DNA of 64,000 nucleotides from an uncultured archaeon (GCA_963810275.1 CAWENF010000021.1:64001-128000); one strand, 5' to 3'; positions 9,295 to 18,499 are shown, counted from the first letter of the stretch. Made by a program: numbers and translations. The notes: generated from the letters alone by a model not told the origin.

Positions 9295-9894
9295 TTAACT
9301 GACCACTACATTGCCCCACATGCCAAGAGAAATATGTCCTGGAACAGTGCATACATAGTAATAGTTGCCTGCTTTGTCAGGAGTAAATGTAACTGACGCT
9401 GATGTGCCTGGCGGTATATAGCTAGATATGTTAATGCCTGCACCAAACAATGGTGAGTTGCTTGTCGCTTTTGTTGAGACTATTTCCCATGAATGTGGAA
9501 TTTTACCCGCATTATGAACAGTCATGGTATACGTTGTACCCGCCTTAAGGTGTAAGGTAGGACCTGGAGAAACTATACTACTTGCGCTATCTCCGTAGCC
9601 ATAGGTACCTGAACCAGAGGTAACTGAGCCAGCGTATAATGTTAAAGAAGTCTGGCTCCCTGAACCAGACGGAGCGGGAGAAGTTGATGGTGAAACTGAT
9701 GTAGAAGTGGATGGTGTAGAAGAGGGGGAAATTGATGGGGAGGATACAGGCGTTGACGTCGGCAGCACATTTGATGAATTGGGTAACGTGATTTCGTAAG
9801 TTATTACCCCAACAGCTATGATAATCACTGTTACTACGATTGCAGCGACGTACCAGCCTATGCTTATTTTGGTATCTTCTGTGTTTTCTGCCAT
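9295..9894 (-). CDS. Membrane-tethered type-1 blue copper protein (sulfocyanin/rusticyanin/halocyanin-like)
   Basis: N-terminal TM, Ser/Thr/Pro linker, ligands PHSW and YVCTVPGHISLGM. First gene of the oxidase operon. Confidence 0.9.
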   Translation of the reverse strand: MAENTEDTKISIGWYVAAIVVTVIIIAVGVITYEITLPNSSNVLPTSTPVSSPSISPSSTPSTSTSVSPSTSPAPSGSGSQTSLTLYAGSVTSGSGTYGYGDSASSIVSPGPTLHLKAGTTYTMTVHNAGKIPHSWEIVSTKATSNSPLFGAGINISSYIPPGTSASVTFTPDKAGNYYYVCTVPGHISLGMWGNVVVS

Positions 9895-9967
9895 ATTTTA
9901 TCACTCGCGATAAAAAATAGAACTTAAATAGTCACTATGGAAATAACTTTGATAAGCTGTTTAAGAG

Positions 9968-9995
9968 TGTGTGATTGCATTGATACAATCACATA
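9968..9995. promoter_or_regulatory. Palindromic operator candidate upstream of the oxidase operon
   Basis: TGTGATTG-N8-CAATCACA, a perfect 8-bp inverted repeat at 9970-9993, ~40 bp upstream of a minus-strand TATA-like TATTTAAG at ~9923-9930. Confidence 0.55.
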
Positions 9996-10064
9996 CCTTA
10001 TACTGCTGGTATAGATTTAAAGTCTAGAATACAAACGTGTTGGGTCTTAGTTGTTTTCATACCG

Positions 10065-10625
10065 CTAATGGCGAGTTCTTTGAAGAACATTTAAAATTTT
10101 ATTTGCACGATCAACCCAGCCTAATCCCGCATATAAATCAAGTTTTGAATCTAGAGGCATTACTGAAATATTATGGCCCACAACTGAAACATAGTCTGAT
10201 GAAATACTAATTTTGTCACCCCAATCCCAATTATCAATCTGAAGTTGCAAATCTCCATAAACTTTAACGGGAACATCGTTTACTTGGAAATCAAAATTAT
10301 AGCTTCGAATTTTAATCGGATACTCTTTCTGTTCAACCAAAGCTTTACGCGGAAGACATTCTACTTTGAATTCTATGTCTGAGGGGTGAAAATCTTTGAC
10401 TCTGATGAAAATTTCTTGAGCACCCTCTTTGGTTGTTATTATTTCTATTCTTTCGGGATCCACATCTACGGTTCTTATGGCTTCCCCTAAATCACCACAT
10501 ATCATCCAAGGCGTACTTATGTCACCGATTTTACCTTCTAAGGCAACCAATGCATCTATGTATTTCAAAGCTATTAATTTAACAGGGCGTTTAACATCTT
10601 TTTCTGAAGTTTCAATATAAATCAA
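10065..10625 (-). CDS. Hypothetical protein with nucleotidyltransferase-like fold and degenerate catalytic motif
   Basis: WMICGDLGEAIRTVDVDPERIEIIT resembles the W...GS.....G....P.DIDI.T NTase motif, with RIE in place of DID. Confidence 0.6.
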   Translation of the reverse strand: MIYIETSEKDVKRPVKLIALKYIDALVALEGKIGDISTPWMICGDLGEAIRTVDVDPERIEIITTKEGAQEIFIRVKDFHPSDIEFKVECLPRKALVEQKEYPIKIRSYNFDFQVNDVPVKVYGDLQLQIDNWDWGDKISISSDYVSVVGHNISVMPLDSKLDLYAGLGWVDRANKILNVLQRTRH

Positions 10626-10779
10626 GTTAATTATGACCTCTAAAATACTTAATATTAATTAAATACTCAATTTAAATCTGTGTATATGTATCATAACAGC
10701 AACTTTTATTGTAGGCACAACTAAGTAGACACATATGTTTTAAAGGACTTATTAGGATACTTAACTAGAGGTTTTTTTT

Positions 10780-11762
10780 ATGTCAACTGATGAAACGGCT
10801 AACGACCAGACTAAAGAGCAAAACAGCAAACCTATGGATAGACGACGCTTCATCAAGTATGGAGTCGCAGGCGTTATTGGTGCGGGTGCCGCAAGCGCTA
10901 TAGAAATACCAGTTTTGACAAATATGGTTAACGCTGACACGACTAAGGTGCAAGAGCTTCAAAGTCAAGTTAGCAGTTTAAACAGTGAAGTTAGCAGTTT
11001 GAATAGTCAAGTCAACACTAGATAAAACTCAACTTGCCGCCGCACAGAGTCAACTATCGGGTGCACAAGCAATTATTGACTTTAGCATTACGGAACAAAA
11101 AGAGCTTGAGGCAATTGTTGAAACAGTAATCCCCAACGATTCGTCTGGTCCTGGAGGGAAGGAAGCAGGCGTTGTCTACTTCATTGCCAATCAAATATCC
11201 ACAGATTATGGTAGTAACGCTAGGATGTACATGAAAGCGCCCTTTGTCCAACCTGGTTTAAGTGGCCCCGTAACAGTTGATGGAATAACATATCCTGAAG
11301 GCACATATGATGTTCCATTTTTCTCAGGCATGAAATACCAGTACAACCTAACTATGAGGGAGTTCTGGAGAGTAGGTCTTGGAAGGATTAGAGAAATATT
11401 CAAACAGCGTATTGGGCAAAAACTTTGAAGATTTAAACACAAATGACCGAACATCAATGCTAAACGACCTCTATGACAACAAGCCTAGCGACTTCAATGG
11501 AATTGTTCCCCGTGACTTCTTCCAAGAGTTGCTACTTATGACATGGTCAGGCTTCTTTATGGATCCCGCATATGGTGGTAACATAGGAATGGTTGGTTGG
11601 AAACTCACCGGTTTTAGTGGCGCTAACATGGGCAACGCATTCAACGATGGCAGAGATGTTTTAAAGTTGATGGTAGCCAGCACTCCAACAAGATATGCAC
11701 CGCATAGTTTAGGCGAATACCAAAAAACGCTAAAAATAATCAATGGAGGAACAAGTTCATGA
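10780..11762 (+). pseudogene. Gluconate 2-dehydrogenase subunit 3 (gamma)-like Tat protein, interrupted by two +1 frameshifts
   Basis: Tat motif DRRRFIK. After a shift at ~11020 the frame reads ELEAIVETVIPNDSSGPGGKEAGVVYFI...YG...MYMKAPF. After a shift at ~11379 it reads GFFMDPAYGGNIGMVGWKLTGF. Removing 2 nt gives 326 aa. Confidence 0.85.
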
Positions 11763-13567
11763 GCCAAGTAATCACTCATCCATCCGTAGACGTTGTCGTC
11801 TTAGGCTTGGGTGCAATGGGAGGAGTCGTAGCCACAGAGTTGGCTAAGGCAAACTACAAAGTAGTAGGTTTAGAAAGAGGACCTCAATGGGATTACTACA
11901 ATGATTTCTATGCCACGAAATATGATGAATGGGGCATAGGCATGATGCGCAAATACAGCGACCTATTGAGAACTTCAACAGTAACTATGAGAAACAACAG
12001 AAACCAGTTTGCCCAGCCCGTCCGTAGAAACACACCCCCAGTTGCAGGACAATTCACTTCAACAGGTTATGGTGTTGGAGGTGCATGTCAGCACTATTCG
12101 GGCAACATGGGGCGCTATTCACCATGGGTCTATGAGATGTATTCACAGACTGTGAACCGATATGGCTTAGATTTCCTCAACAATGCTGTACCTCACCAAG
12201 ACATCACTGATTGGCCAATGACATATAACGACTATGTTCCCTACTATGAAACATGGGAGCAGATGTGGGGAGTTTGCGGAACAAATGAAGGACCGCTTCT
12301 TCCAAGCCTAACAGGGTATCCTCTGCCGCCTCCACCAGACACGCCTATCGGAACAGCCTTCAAGAGTGCAGCCACAGATTTAGGATATACACCCTTCCCA
12401 ACACCACTCGCTTTAGCCTCTAAAGGCTTCGTCAACCAATACGGCGTAGCCGTTCAGCAATGCGCATATGATGGCTGGTGTGGAGCTGCATGCAACTATG
12501 TTTGTGAAACAGGTGCGAAAGCAAACACAGACTTTAGAGTTATACCTGCTGCTTTGAAAACTGGGAATCTCGAGATGAGACTTCACAGCTACATATTCCG
12601 ATTGGATACTGATAGTTCTGGAAAAATTACCGCTGCCCGCTACTATGACCCACAAGGCAGGGTTAACGTTCAACCCGCCAAGGTATTCTTCAACGGTCTT
12701 TGGGGATTCAATGCAGTAAAAATGATGCTGCACTCAGGAATCGGCACTCCCTATGACCCCGTGAAAATCACCGGTTCAATGGGTAGAGGACCAGCAACAG
12801 GAGACCCGGGTGCAGCAGTCAGAAGTGCCTCTGGAACCCTTAACATAGGAGCCAATGCGTATCCCGCAGGCAACGCTGGCGGAGGCTACTCAATTCGAGA
12901 CTTAGCTGATGACAACTTTGATCACACAGGCTTAGACTTTATCGGAGGCGCCTACCCGGTGGGCGTCGGAAGCTTCACAGGTGGAGGCCCAACGAACTTC
13001 TACATCTACGCAGCAAACCCAAACAAGAACATGATTGGAAGCACATTTAAAGCAGGCCTTAAAGACCATTTCCTGCCCACAAAAACAAAGCTAACACTTT
13101 CGCCTTATGGGATGTGGCCGCCGACAACCGATTGGTTCATTGATTTGGACCCACATTACACAGACATCTATGGAGACCCACTACCGAGATATACTATAGA
13201 TTGGGGCATGAACACCGTTAAATGCGCCAATTACCTTGCACCAATGTATGGCGATATACTGTCAAAAATGGGGGCAAGCAATGTTCAGGTCTCCAACCCA
13301 GTTAATACTGAAAGCCATATGACTACCTGGAGTATTCACATTCGAGGCGGTGCACGACTAGGAACTGATCCGGCAGTTTCCGTTTTTAACAAGTGGCAGC
13401 AATGCTGGACCAGCGACAACCTGTTTGGAGCAGGCGAATATTGTGACCCGACAGGCGATAACACAACTATCGGTGGAACGCATCCAGTAGGACCAACATC
13501 GTATGTTGCTGCTGAAGGCATAAAGAAATATCTGCAAAGCCCAGGTCAGCTTGTATCATCACCTTAA
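11759..13567 (+). CDS. GMC-family flavoprotein oxidoreductase (gluconate 2-dehydrogenase alpha-subunit-like)
   Basis: DVVVLGLGAMGG...LERG, GVGG, DWPMTY, Cys cluster CAYDGWCGAACNYVCETGAK, DLDPHYTDIYGDPLPR, H..GGARLG.DP..SV.N. ATGA overlap with the gamma gene. No signal peptide. Confidence 0.9.
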   Translation: MSQVITHPSVDVVVLGLGAMGGVVATELAKANYKVVGLERGPQWDYYNDFYATKYDEWGIGMMRKYSDLLRTSTVTMRNNRNQFAQPVRRNTPPVAGQFTSTGYGVGGACQHYSGNMGRYSPWVYEMYSQTVNRYGLDFLNNAVPHQDITDWPMTYNDYVPYYETWEQMWGVCGTNEGPLLPSLTGYPLPPPPDTPIGTAFKSAATDLGYTPFPTPLALASKGFVNQYGVAVQQCAYDGWCGAACNYVCETGAKANTDFRVIPAALKTGNLEMRLHSYIFRLDTDSSGKITAARYYDPQGRVNVQPAKVFFNGLWGFNAVKMMLHSGIGTPYDPVKITGSMGRGPATGDPGAAVRSASGTLNIGANAYPAGNAGGGYSIRDLADDNFDHTGLDFIGGAYPVGVGSFTGGGPTNFYIYAANPNKNMIGSTFKAGLKDHFLPTKTKLTLSPYGMWPPTTDWFIDLDPHYTDIYGDPLPRYTIDWGMNTVKCANYLAPMYGDILSKMGASNVQVSNPVNTESHMTTWSIHIRGGARLGTDPAVSVFNKWQQCWTSDNLFGAGEYCDPTGDNTTIGGTHPVGPTSYVAAEGIKKYLQSPGQLVSSP

Positions 13568-13631
13568 CTTCCCATTTCTTGTTTTCTTTGATTGCAATGA
13601 ATGGCTTTTTTCTTAATTAGTCTGCTATAAA

Positions 13632-14474
13632 TTGTGTTCTAAAATGAAGCAAATAGCTGTTATGACTCCGCTCCCAGTCCAATTTGACAATTTCACAGAA
13701 TACATTCTGAAGCAATGCTGGAATAGCCTCAATAATCAATTCATTCTCTCAGGTGACTTAATTCATGTTTATTTCTCATCAACCCCTAAACTGTACGATA
13801 AATATGCTACCTACCTTTCAGAAAATTTCAGGTTGCCCTACACTCTTCTTGAGGTCAAGCAAGTAAAAAGCGGTGTATTAGAGGGCAAGGATGCACGATT
13901 ACCTGAGCTAGTACATCACCGTAATGTATTACTAAACCAGGGCAAAAAGCATGATTACGCATTGTTTTTGGATTCTGATGTAATTTTAAGCCCAAATACA
14001 ATAAAAACATTGATTTCGGATCAAAAAGATGTTTCTGCTGGAATATTGCCGCAGGCACGCATTGCTTCCCCGATAAGAATCGAGGAGGGACAAGTCCAAA
14101 ACGCAGATGACATCGACGTTTTTTTAGCATTCGGAATATTTGATGCAAAATTTCTTTCCGTAACTTGGGGAAACATGCAGAAAGCGGATGCATCCGATGT
14201 TGTAGCGACAGCCTGCATGCTTCTGAGCCGGAAAATAATGAATGATAATCGAGTAGCTTTCCGCTTATTCCCCTTAGTTGATGGAAGTTGCTATTTAGGT
14301 GAAGACGTGGGCTATTGTCTTTCTGCTCTTCGCGCAGGTTTCACCGTTAACGTCAACCCAACCGTCTTTTGTGGTCATATGCGTAGAATACAAGAGCGGC
14401 TAGCAGCTTATTTACAAGTTACTAACGGCCAAAAGTGTACAATTAATTTTTTGTTTTGGTCTAAACCTCTTTAA
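13632..14474 (+). CDS. Glycosyltransferase family 2-like protein
   Basis: Motifs HRN, ALFLDSDV, TACMLL and GEDVGYC. Confidence 0.7.
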   Translation: MCSKMKQIAVMTPLPVQFDNFTEYILKQCWNSLNNQFILSGDLIHVYFSSTPKLYDKYATYLSENFRLPYTLLEVKQVKSGVLEGKDARLPELVHHRNVLLNQGKKHDYALFLDSDVILSPNTIKTLISDQKDVSAGILPQARIASPIRIEEGQVQNADDIDVFLAFGIFDAKFLSVTWGNMQKADASDVVATACMLLSRKIMNDNRVAFRLFPLVDGSCYLGEDVGYCLSALRAGFTVNVNPTVFCGHMRRIQERLAAYLQVTNGQKCTINFLFWSKPL

Positions 14475-14597
14475 ACTATTAGCAGCTGTAATAGTATACA
14501 CACAGCCTCATAGCTTTTTAACTCAACGTACCTCAAATAAAATAGCTAAATTTTGTAATAGGTGTGATCTGAATTATTATCAGATAAAGTAGCTATT

Positions 14598-15386
14598 GTG
14601 ATTGCAGCATTAGTACTCGTTTTCATAATTGTAGTGTCATTGATATCCTACGTGTACATTGTATTTCCCTTAACAAACACGAACACTACACCTCCAGCAT
14701 CCACGCCGACGAGCACACCTTTGTCTAAGCCAAGAATTTCAACTGATGTAAACTGGGGAGGTTATGCAGTAGCAACGAACTTCAGCCAACCGCTCCCGGT
14801 TGTAACAGAGGTTAGCGCATCATGGGTTGTTCCTCAAGTAAAAGCCTCAGCCACAGATACGTTTTTAGCCATCTGGGTAGGAATAGGCGGAACATTTGGT
14901 AACACATTAATTCAAGTAGGCACTGAGCAAGACAGCCTTAATGGACAGCCAACATACTATGCATGGTACGAACTTTTACCTACACCTTCAGTACCTATTT
15001 TCTCTGTCGCAATATCTCCAGGCGATAAAGTACTGGCGACAGTTAAACTATTAGATTCAGCTACAAATCAATGGTCGATTTATATAATCAACCTATCAAA
15101 CCAAGAAAGCTTCAACCAGACCTTCAGTTATACATCAAGTCAACTTTCAGCCGAATGGATAGTAGAGCGCCCGACTGTTAACGGAAAGTTCAGAGCATTA
15201 GCGGATTTTGGTCAGATAAGCATGTCAAACTGTACTTTAACGCTAAACGGGGTTTCTGGTGATTTAGCTGATTTCAATTATGTTAAAACGGTTCTTGTTA
15301 ACCAACAACGAATTCCACTTCTGAAAATTTCAGATGTCGGAAACGACAAAGCCAGCTTTACAGTAAGCTATCTACCCATTGCATGA
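14598..15386 (+). CDS. Peptidase G1 family (glutamic peptidase/eqolisin), membrane-anchored
   Basis: Motifs NWGGY, WVGIGG, LIQVGTEQD (catalytic Gln), AWYE and SAEWIVERP (catalytic Glu). N-terminal TM plus Thr/Pro linker. Confidence 0.9.
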   Translation: MIAALVLVFIIVVSLISYVYIVFPLTNTNTTPPASTPTSTPLSKPRISTDVNWGGYAVATNFSQPLPVVTEVSASWVVPQVKASATDTFLAIWVGIGGTFGNTLIQVGTEQDSLNGQPTYYAWYELLPTPSVPIFSVAISPGDKVLATVKLLDSATNQWSIYIINLSNQESFNQTFSYTSSQLSAEWIVERPTVNGKFRALADFGQISMSNCTLTLNGVSGDLADFNYVKTVLVNQQRIPLLKISDVGNDKASFTVSYLPIA

Positions 15387-15484
15387 TCCATTGTCCATTT
15401 TGTTTTTTTTTAATTTGTTACTGTACTAGCATTATAACAAAGCCTTTTTAGAAAAACCCGGCTCTTCCTTCTTGAGGATCTTTA

Positions 15485-16051
15485 ATGAAAAAAATGGCAA
15501 TATTTCTATTGGTATCTCTCATGGCAGCAGCATCTTTGACAATTGGTGCAGTACCCGTTGAAGCACAAGGGAACACAGCTAACATTACATTGTATGGTGG
15601 ACCTGTATCCTCAGGAGCCTCTGGAACCTATGGGTTTGGATACTCAGCAGACAACATAACCTCGCCTGGACCTACAATCACTTTGCACGATGGAGAAAAA
15701 GTAACAGTAACTTTTCACAACGTTGACACATCTTTGCCACACTCCTTTGCAGTAACCACAGGAAAAAGCGACAGCTCAACAGTGCTATTTAATTCTGAAA
15801 CTAACCCTGGAACATACGTTCAGCCTGGTCAAACAGCTACAGTGACTTTCACAGTCAGCGACAATGTTGGTGATTACTACTACATATGCAAAGTACCAGG
15901 ACACGTTGACTTAGGCATGTGGGGAAACTGTGTAATCGAAGCAGCCATTCCTGAATTTCCAATGAGTATCATGCTTATCTTTGTACTGGCTGCAGGAGCT
16001 GCAGTAGCGATTTCAGTGGCTCGAATTAAGACCAAACCTAAACTTGTTTAA
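15485..16051 (+). CDS. Secreted type-1 blue copper protein with PEF-CTERM sorting signal
   Basis: Signal peptide, PHSF, YICKVPGHVDLGM, then IPEFP followed by TM and a basic tail. Confidence 0.9.
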   Translation: MKKMAIFLLVSLMAAASLTIGAVPVEAQGNTANITLYGGPVSSGASGTYGFGYSADNITSPGPTITLHDGEKVTVTFHNVDTSLPHSFAVTTGKSDSSTVLFNSETNPGTYVQPGQTATVTFTVSDNVGDYYYICKVPGHVDLGMWGNCVIEAAIPEFPMSIMLIFVLAAGAAVAISVARIKTKPKLV

Positions 16052-16173
16052 CCCTATTTTTTTGATTTTTTTTAAAAATGCTATGGTGACTTCCAGACAT
16101 TAAAAATAACAGTTTTTAGGAGAAAGCCAACATAATCATTAACGCTATTAGTCCACTTCTTGAACAAGAATCT

Positions 16174-16548
16174 ATGACACTAGTTTTTGTCGCTTTAGGA
16201 ATCGGAATAATCGGCATGGCGATCGCTAGGATTAGAAACAGAGATTCCATTCAGCTACATAGGTGGACAATGACAGGCGCAATCGTACTAAACTTAATCG
16301 CAATAGGCGTTGTAATGCTTCCTTCACTGTTCATATTCTACCTTAGCCCAAATCTTGAAATGGCATCTTCTTTTTCGATTCTACAACTAATCCACGCCAT
16401 TGCTGGGATTCCAGCAATAACTTTTGCGTTAATATTTGCATTAAATGATCTGCCGAAACCTACTAAAAAATGGATGCGCATAACCGCTTCTTTGTGGCTT
16501 ACAAGCATAGCTTTGGGTGCAATAGTTTACTTCACTATGCCGAATTAA
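16174..16548 (+). CDS. DUF420-like membrane protein (paralog of 4125..4553)
   Basis: Shares VALG, HRW, PSLF, FSILQ.IH and NDLP..T.KWMRITA.LW with the paralog. May start at ATA 16132. Confidence 0.75.
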   Translation: MTLVFVALGIGIIGMAIARIRNRDSIQLHRWTMTGAIVLNLIAIGVVMLPSLFIFYLSPNLEMASSFSILQLIHAIAGIPAITFALIFALNDLPKPTKKWMRITASLWLTSIALGAIVYFTMPN

Positions 16549-16553
16549 GTTTT

Positions 16554-18110
16554 TCATTTTTTATGAAATTTTGCAATCTCTTTGGAAATCAGCAGTTCGT
16601 CGATATGGAGCATCAACGATGAAACTTCGTATGCACGTCTCACAATAGAACGTAAAACTGCAATAGACTGAGTGCAAACGCCTTCGGTGCATCCCTGCAC
16701 ACCAACACCATAGCTTGCCAAACCGCTATCATGAAGTTGACGTAGTTTTATGAGTATTTCTGTAGAATTTAAGCCATAGTTTTCAGCGAGACATCGAGGT
16801 ATATCAATCAATGCTTCAGCAAAGGCTTCTATAGCCAACTGATGCCTGTTTGGAATAGTCAATGCATAGCGATGAAGTTCTTGAGCTATCATAATTTCAA
16901 CTGCTCCAGCACCTGGCAAAAACTTAGGCTCTTTGTCAGAAAGCTTCAGAGTTATCAAACTATTTTTTATAGCAACTTCAAGCTCATCAAGAATACAGCG
17001 GGTATTTGCCCTTAACAAAAACGTGGCACCGCCACAGCCTTGAAAAGTAACAGTTTTTTCCAGATCTAACTTATCCACAGACAACGCTTCAGCTTTACCC
17101 ACATCATCTTTAGATAAGTCACTGATTAACGCTAAAACTTTAGCGCCAGTTGCCCTAGCAATGCCTTCTAAATCGTTTTTGGTCACACTTTCAATTGCAA
17201 AGATACCGTTCATTACCAAAGCAGTTTTCTGACGCTCTTCGATAGGCTGCGCAGAGACCAAAACATTGATTTTATGCTTGACAAGCACCTTCAAGTAACT
17301 ATTTTCTAATTTTTCTGTTACCTGATTTAATTGTTGAATTTGTTGATGATTTGTTATGTTAACCTGGATAGGAATGGGTCCTTCTCGCCGCATTTTAAGC
17401 TCCAAACGATTTATGCCTAAATGCCCACTGGTAACGGCAACTCGTAGATCTTTAACGTGATTAGGCATGTTTGGGTGAGCCTTATCCTTTCTTATAATAA
17501 TACCATCGATCAAAGTTGATTCTTGAGCACAGCAACCGATTTTTTTTATAAAACCTACATTATCGATGTCGAAGCTTCCGTTAGAGAAACTTCGGGTATA
17601 TGCTCGTCTAATCATCAAACGTAGTTTTGGCGTCAGAAGGTTTCTGCCACAATCTATAGAATCTAAAACATCACCGTCGCAACCTATTGATTTTGATTGC
17701 ATTTCCATAATTTCAGTGGCTTTTTTTGCCGCCAAACTATACCCTTCAACAATTGTATTGGGGTGTAATCCCATTGCGGATAGAGTGTCAGCCTGTTTTA
17801 GCAGAGCTGAAAGAAAAACTACAAAGCAGGCGGCGCCATCCCCGATTTCATTTCTCTGCATCTTTGCTGATTCCGCAACAATAATAGCGGGGGGATAATT
17901 AATAGCAAGTTCGTCTAAAATAGCAATTGAATCTTTTGTAACTTTTACTACTTGCTCTGGGCCACGGTTGTAGGTTACAAGCTTGTATGCACCTGTTGGT
18001 CCTATTGTGCTTCTTATTTTATCTGAAGCAAATATGGCTTGTTGAAGGTTTTGGGTCCATGCCTCTTTTGCGTTAAATCTGTTATAATTGGAAGAAATTA
18101 CTCGCTCCAT
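16554..18110 (-). CDS. Divergent group II chaperonin (TCP-1/thermosome-like)
   Basis: Motifs STIGPTGAYK, EIGDGAACF, LHPNTIVEGY, PGAGAVE, AFAEALIDIPRCLAENYG and MLHIDE. Confidence 0.88.
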   Translation of the reverse strand: MERVISSNYNRFNAKEAWTQNLQQAIFASDKIRSTIGPTGAYKLVTYNRGPEQVVKVTKDSIAILDELAINYPPAIIVAESAKMQRNEIGDGAACFVVFLSALLKQADTLSAMGLHPNTIVEGYSLAAKKATEIMEMQSKSIGCDGDVLDSIDCGRNLLTPKLRLMIRRAYTRSFSNGSFDIDNVGFIKKIGCCAQESTLIDGIIIRKDKAHPNMPNHVKDLRVAVTSGHLGINRLELKMRREGPIPIQVNITNHQQIQQLNQVTEKLENSYLKVLVKHKINVLVSAQPIEERQKTALVMNGIFAIESVTKNDLEGIARATGAKVLALISDLSKDDVGKAEALSVDKLDLEKTVTFQGCGGATFLLRANTRCILDELEVAIKNSLITLKLSDKEPKFLPGAGAVEIMIAQELHRYALTIPNRHQLAIEAFAEALIDIPRCLAENYGLNSTEILIKLRQLHDSGLASYGVGVQGCTEGVCTQSIAVLRSIVRRAYEVSSLMLHIDELLISKEIAKFHKK

Positions 18111-18499
18111 ATTCTATCAGCTTAGAATTTATAGATATACCAAGAGAGGGTTGTATTGGTTCCAAATAAGGTTACGTGACTACACAAATACAACTACAGA
18201 AACAGAGAAACAGGAAAAATCAGAGTTTCATAGATTAAAGAGGAATTGTCGTTTCAAAAATATAATACAAACGGCGAAAGAAAAAAATGATCACACCTCT
18301 TTAATTTAAGTCAGCAATTGATTGAGTACCTTAAAAATTTAAGGCTTAACGCTATACCCTTGTCTCACATTTCTGAGGAGACTAAGGTCTATACATAGTG
18401 ACTGTTCTAAACGCAACAATATCAATAATAGCAAACTTTCAAGGAAGGGAAAAAATAATTCTCCAAATGATACTGAGCTGCTAAGAAGCAAATAATATC

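Noticed and set aside
11225-11428. Stand-alone 67-aa ORF, and the neighbouring 81-aa and 127-aa ORFs
   Set aside because: These are fragments of one frameshifted gamma-subunit gene.
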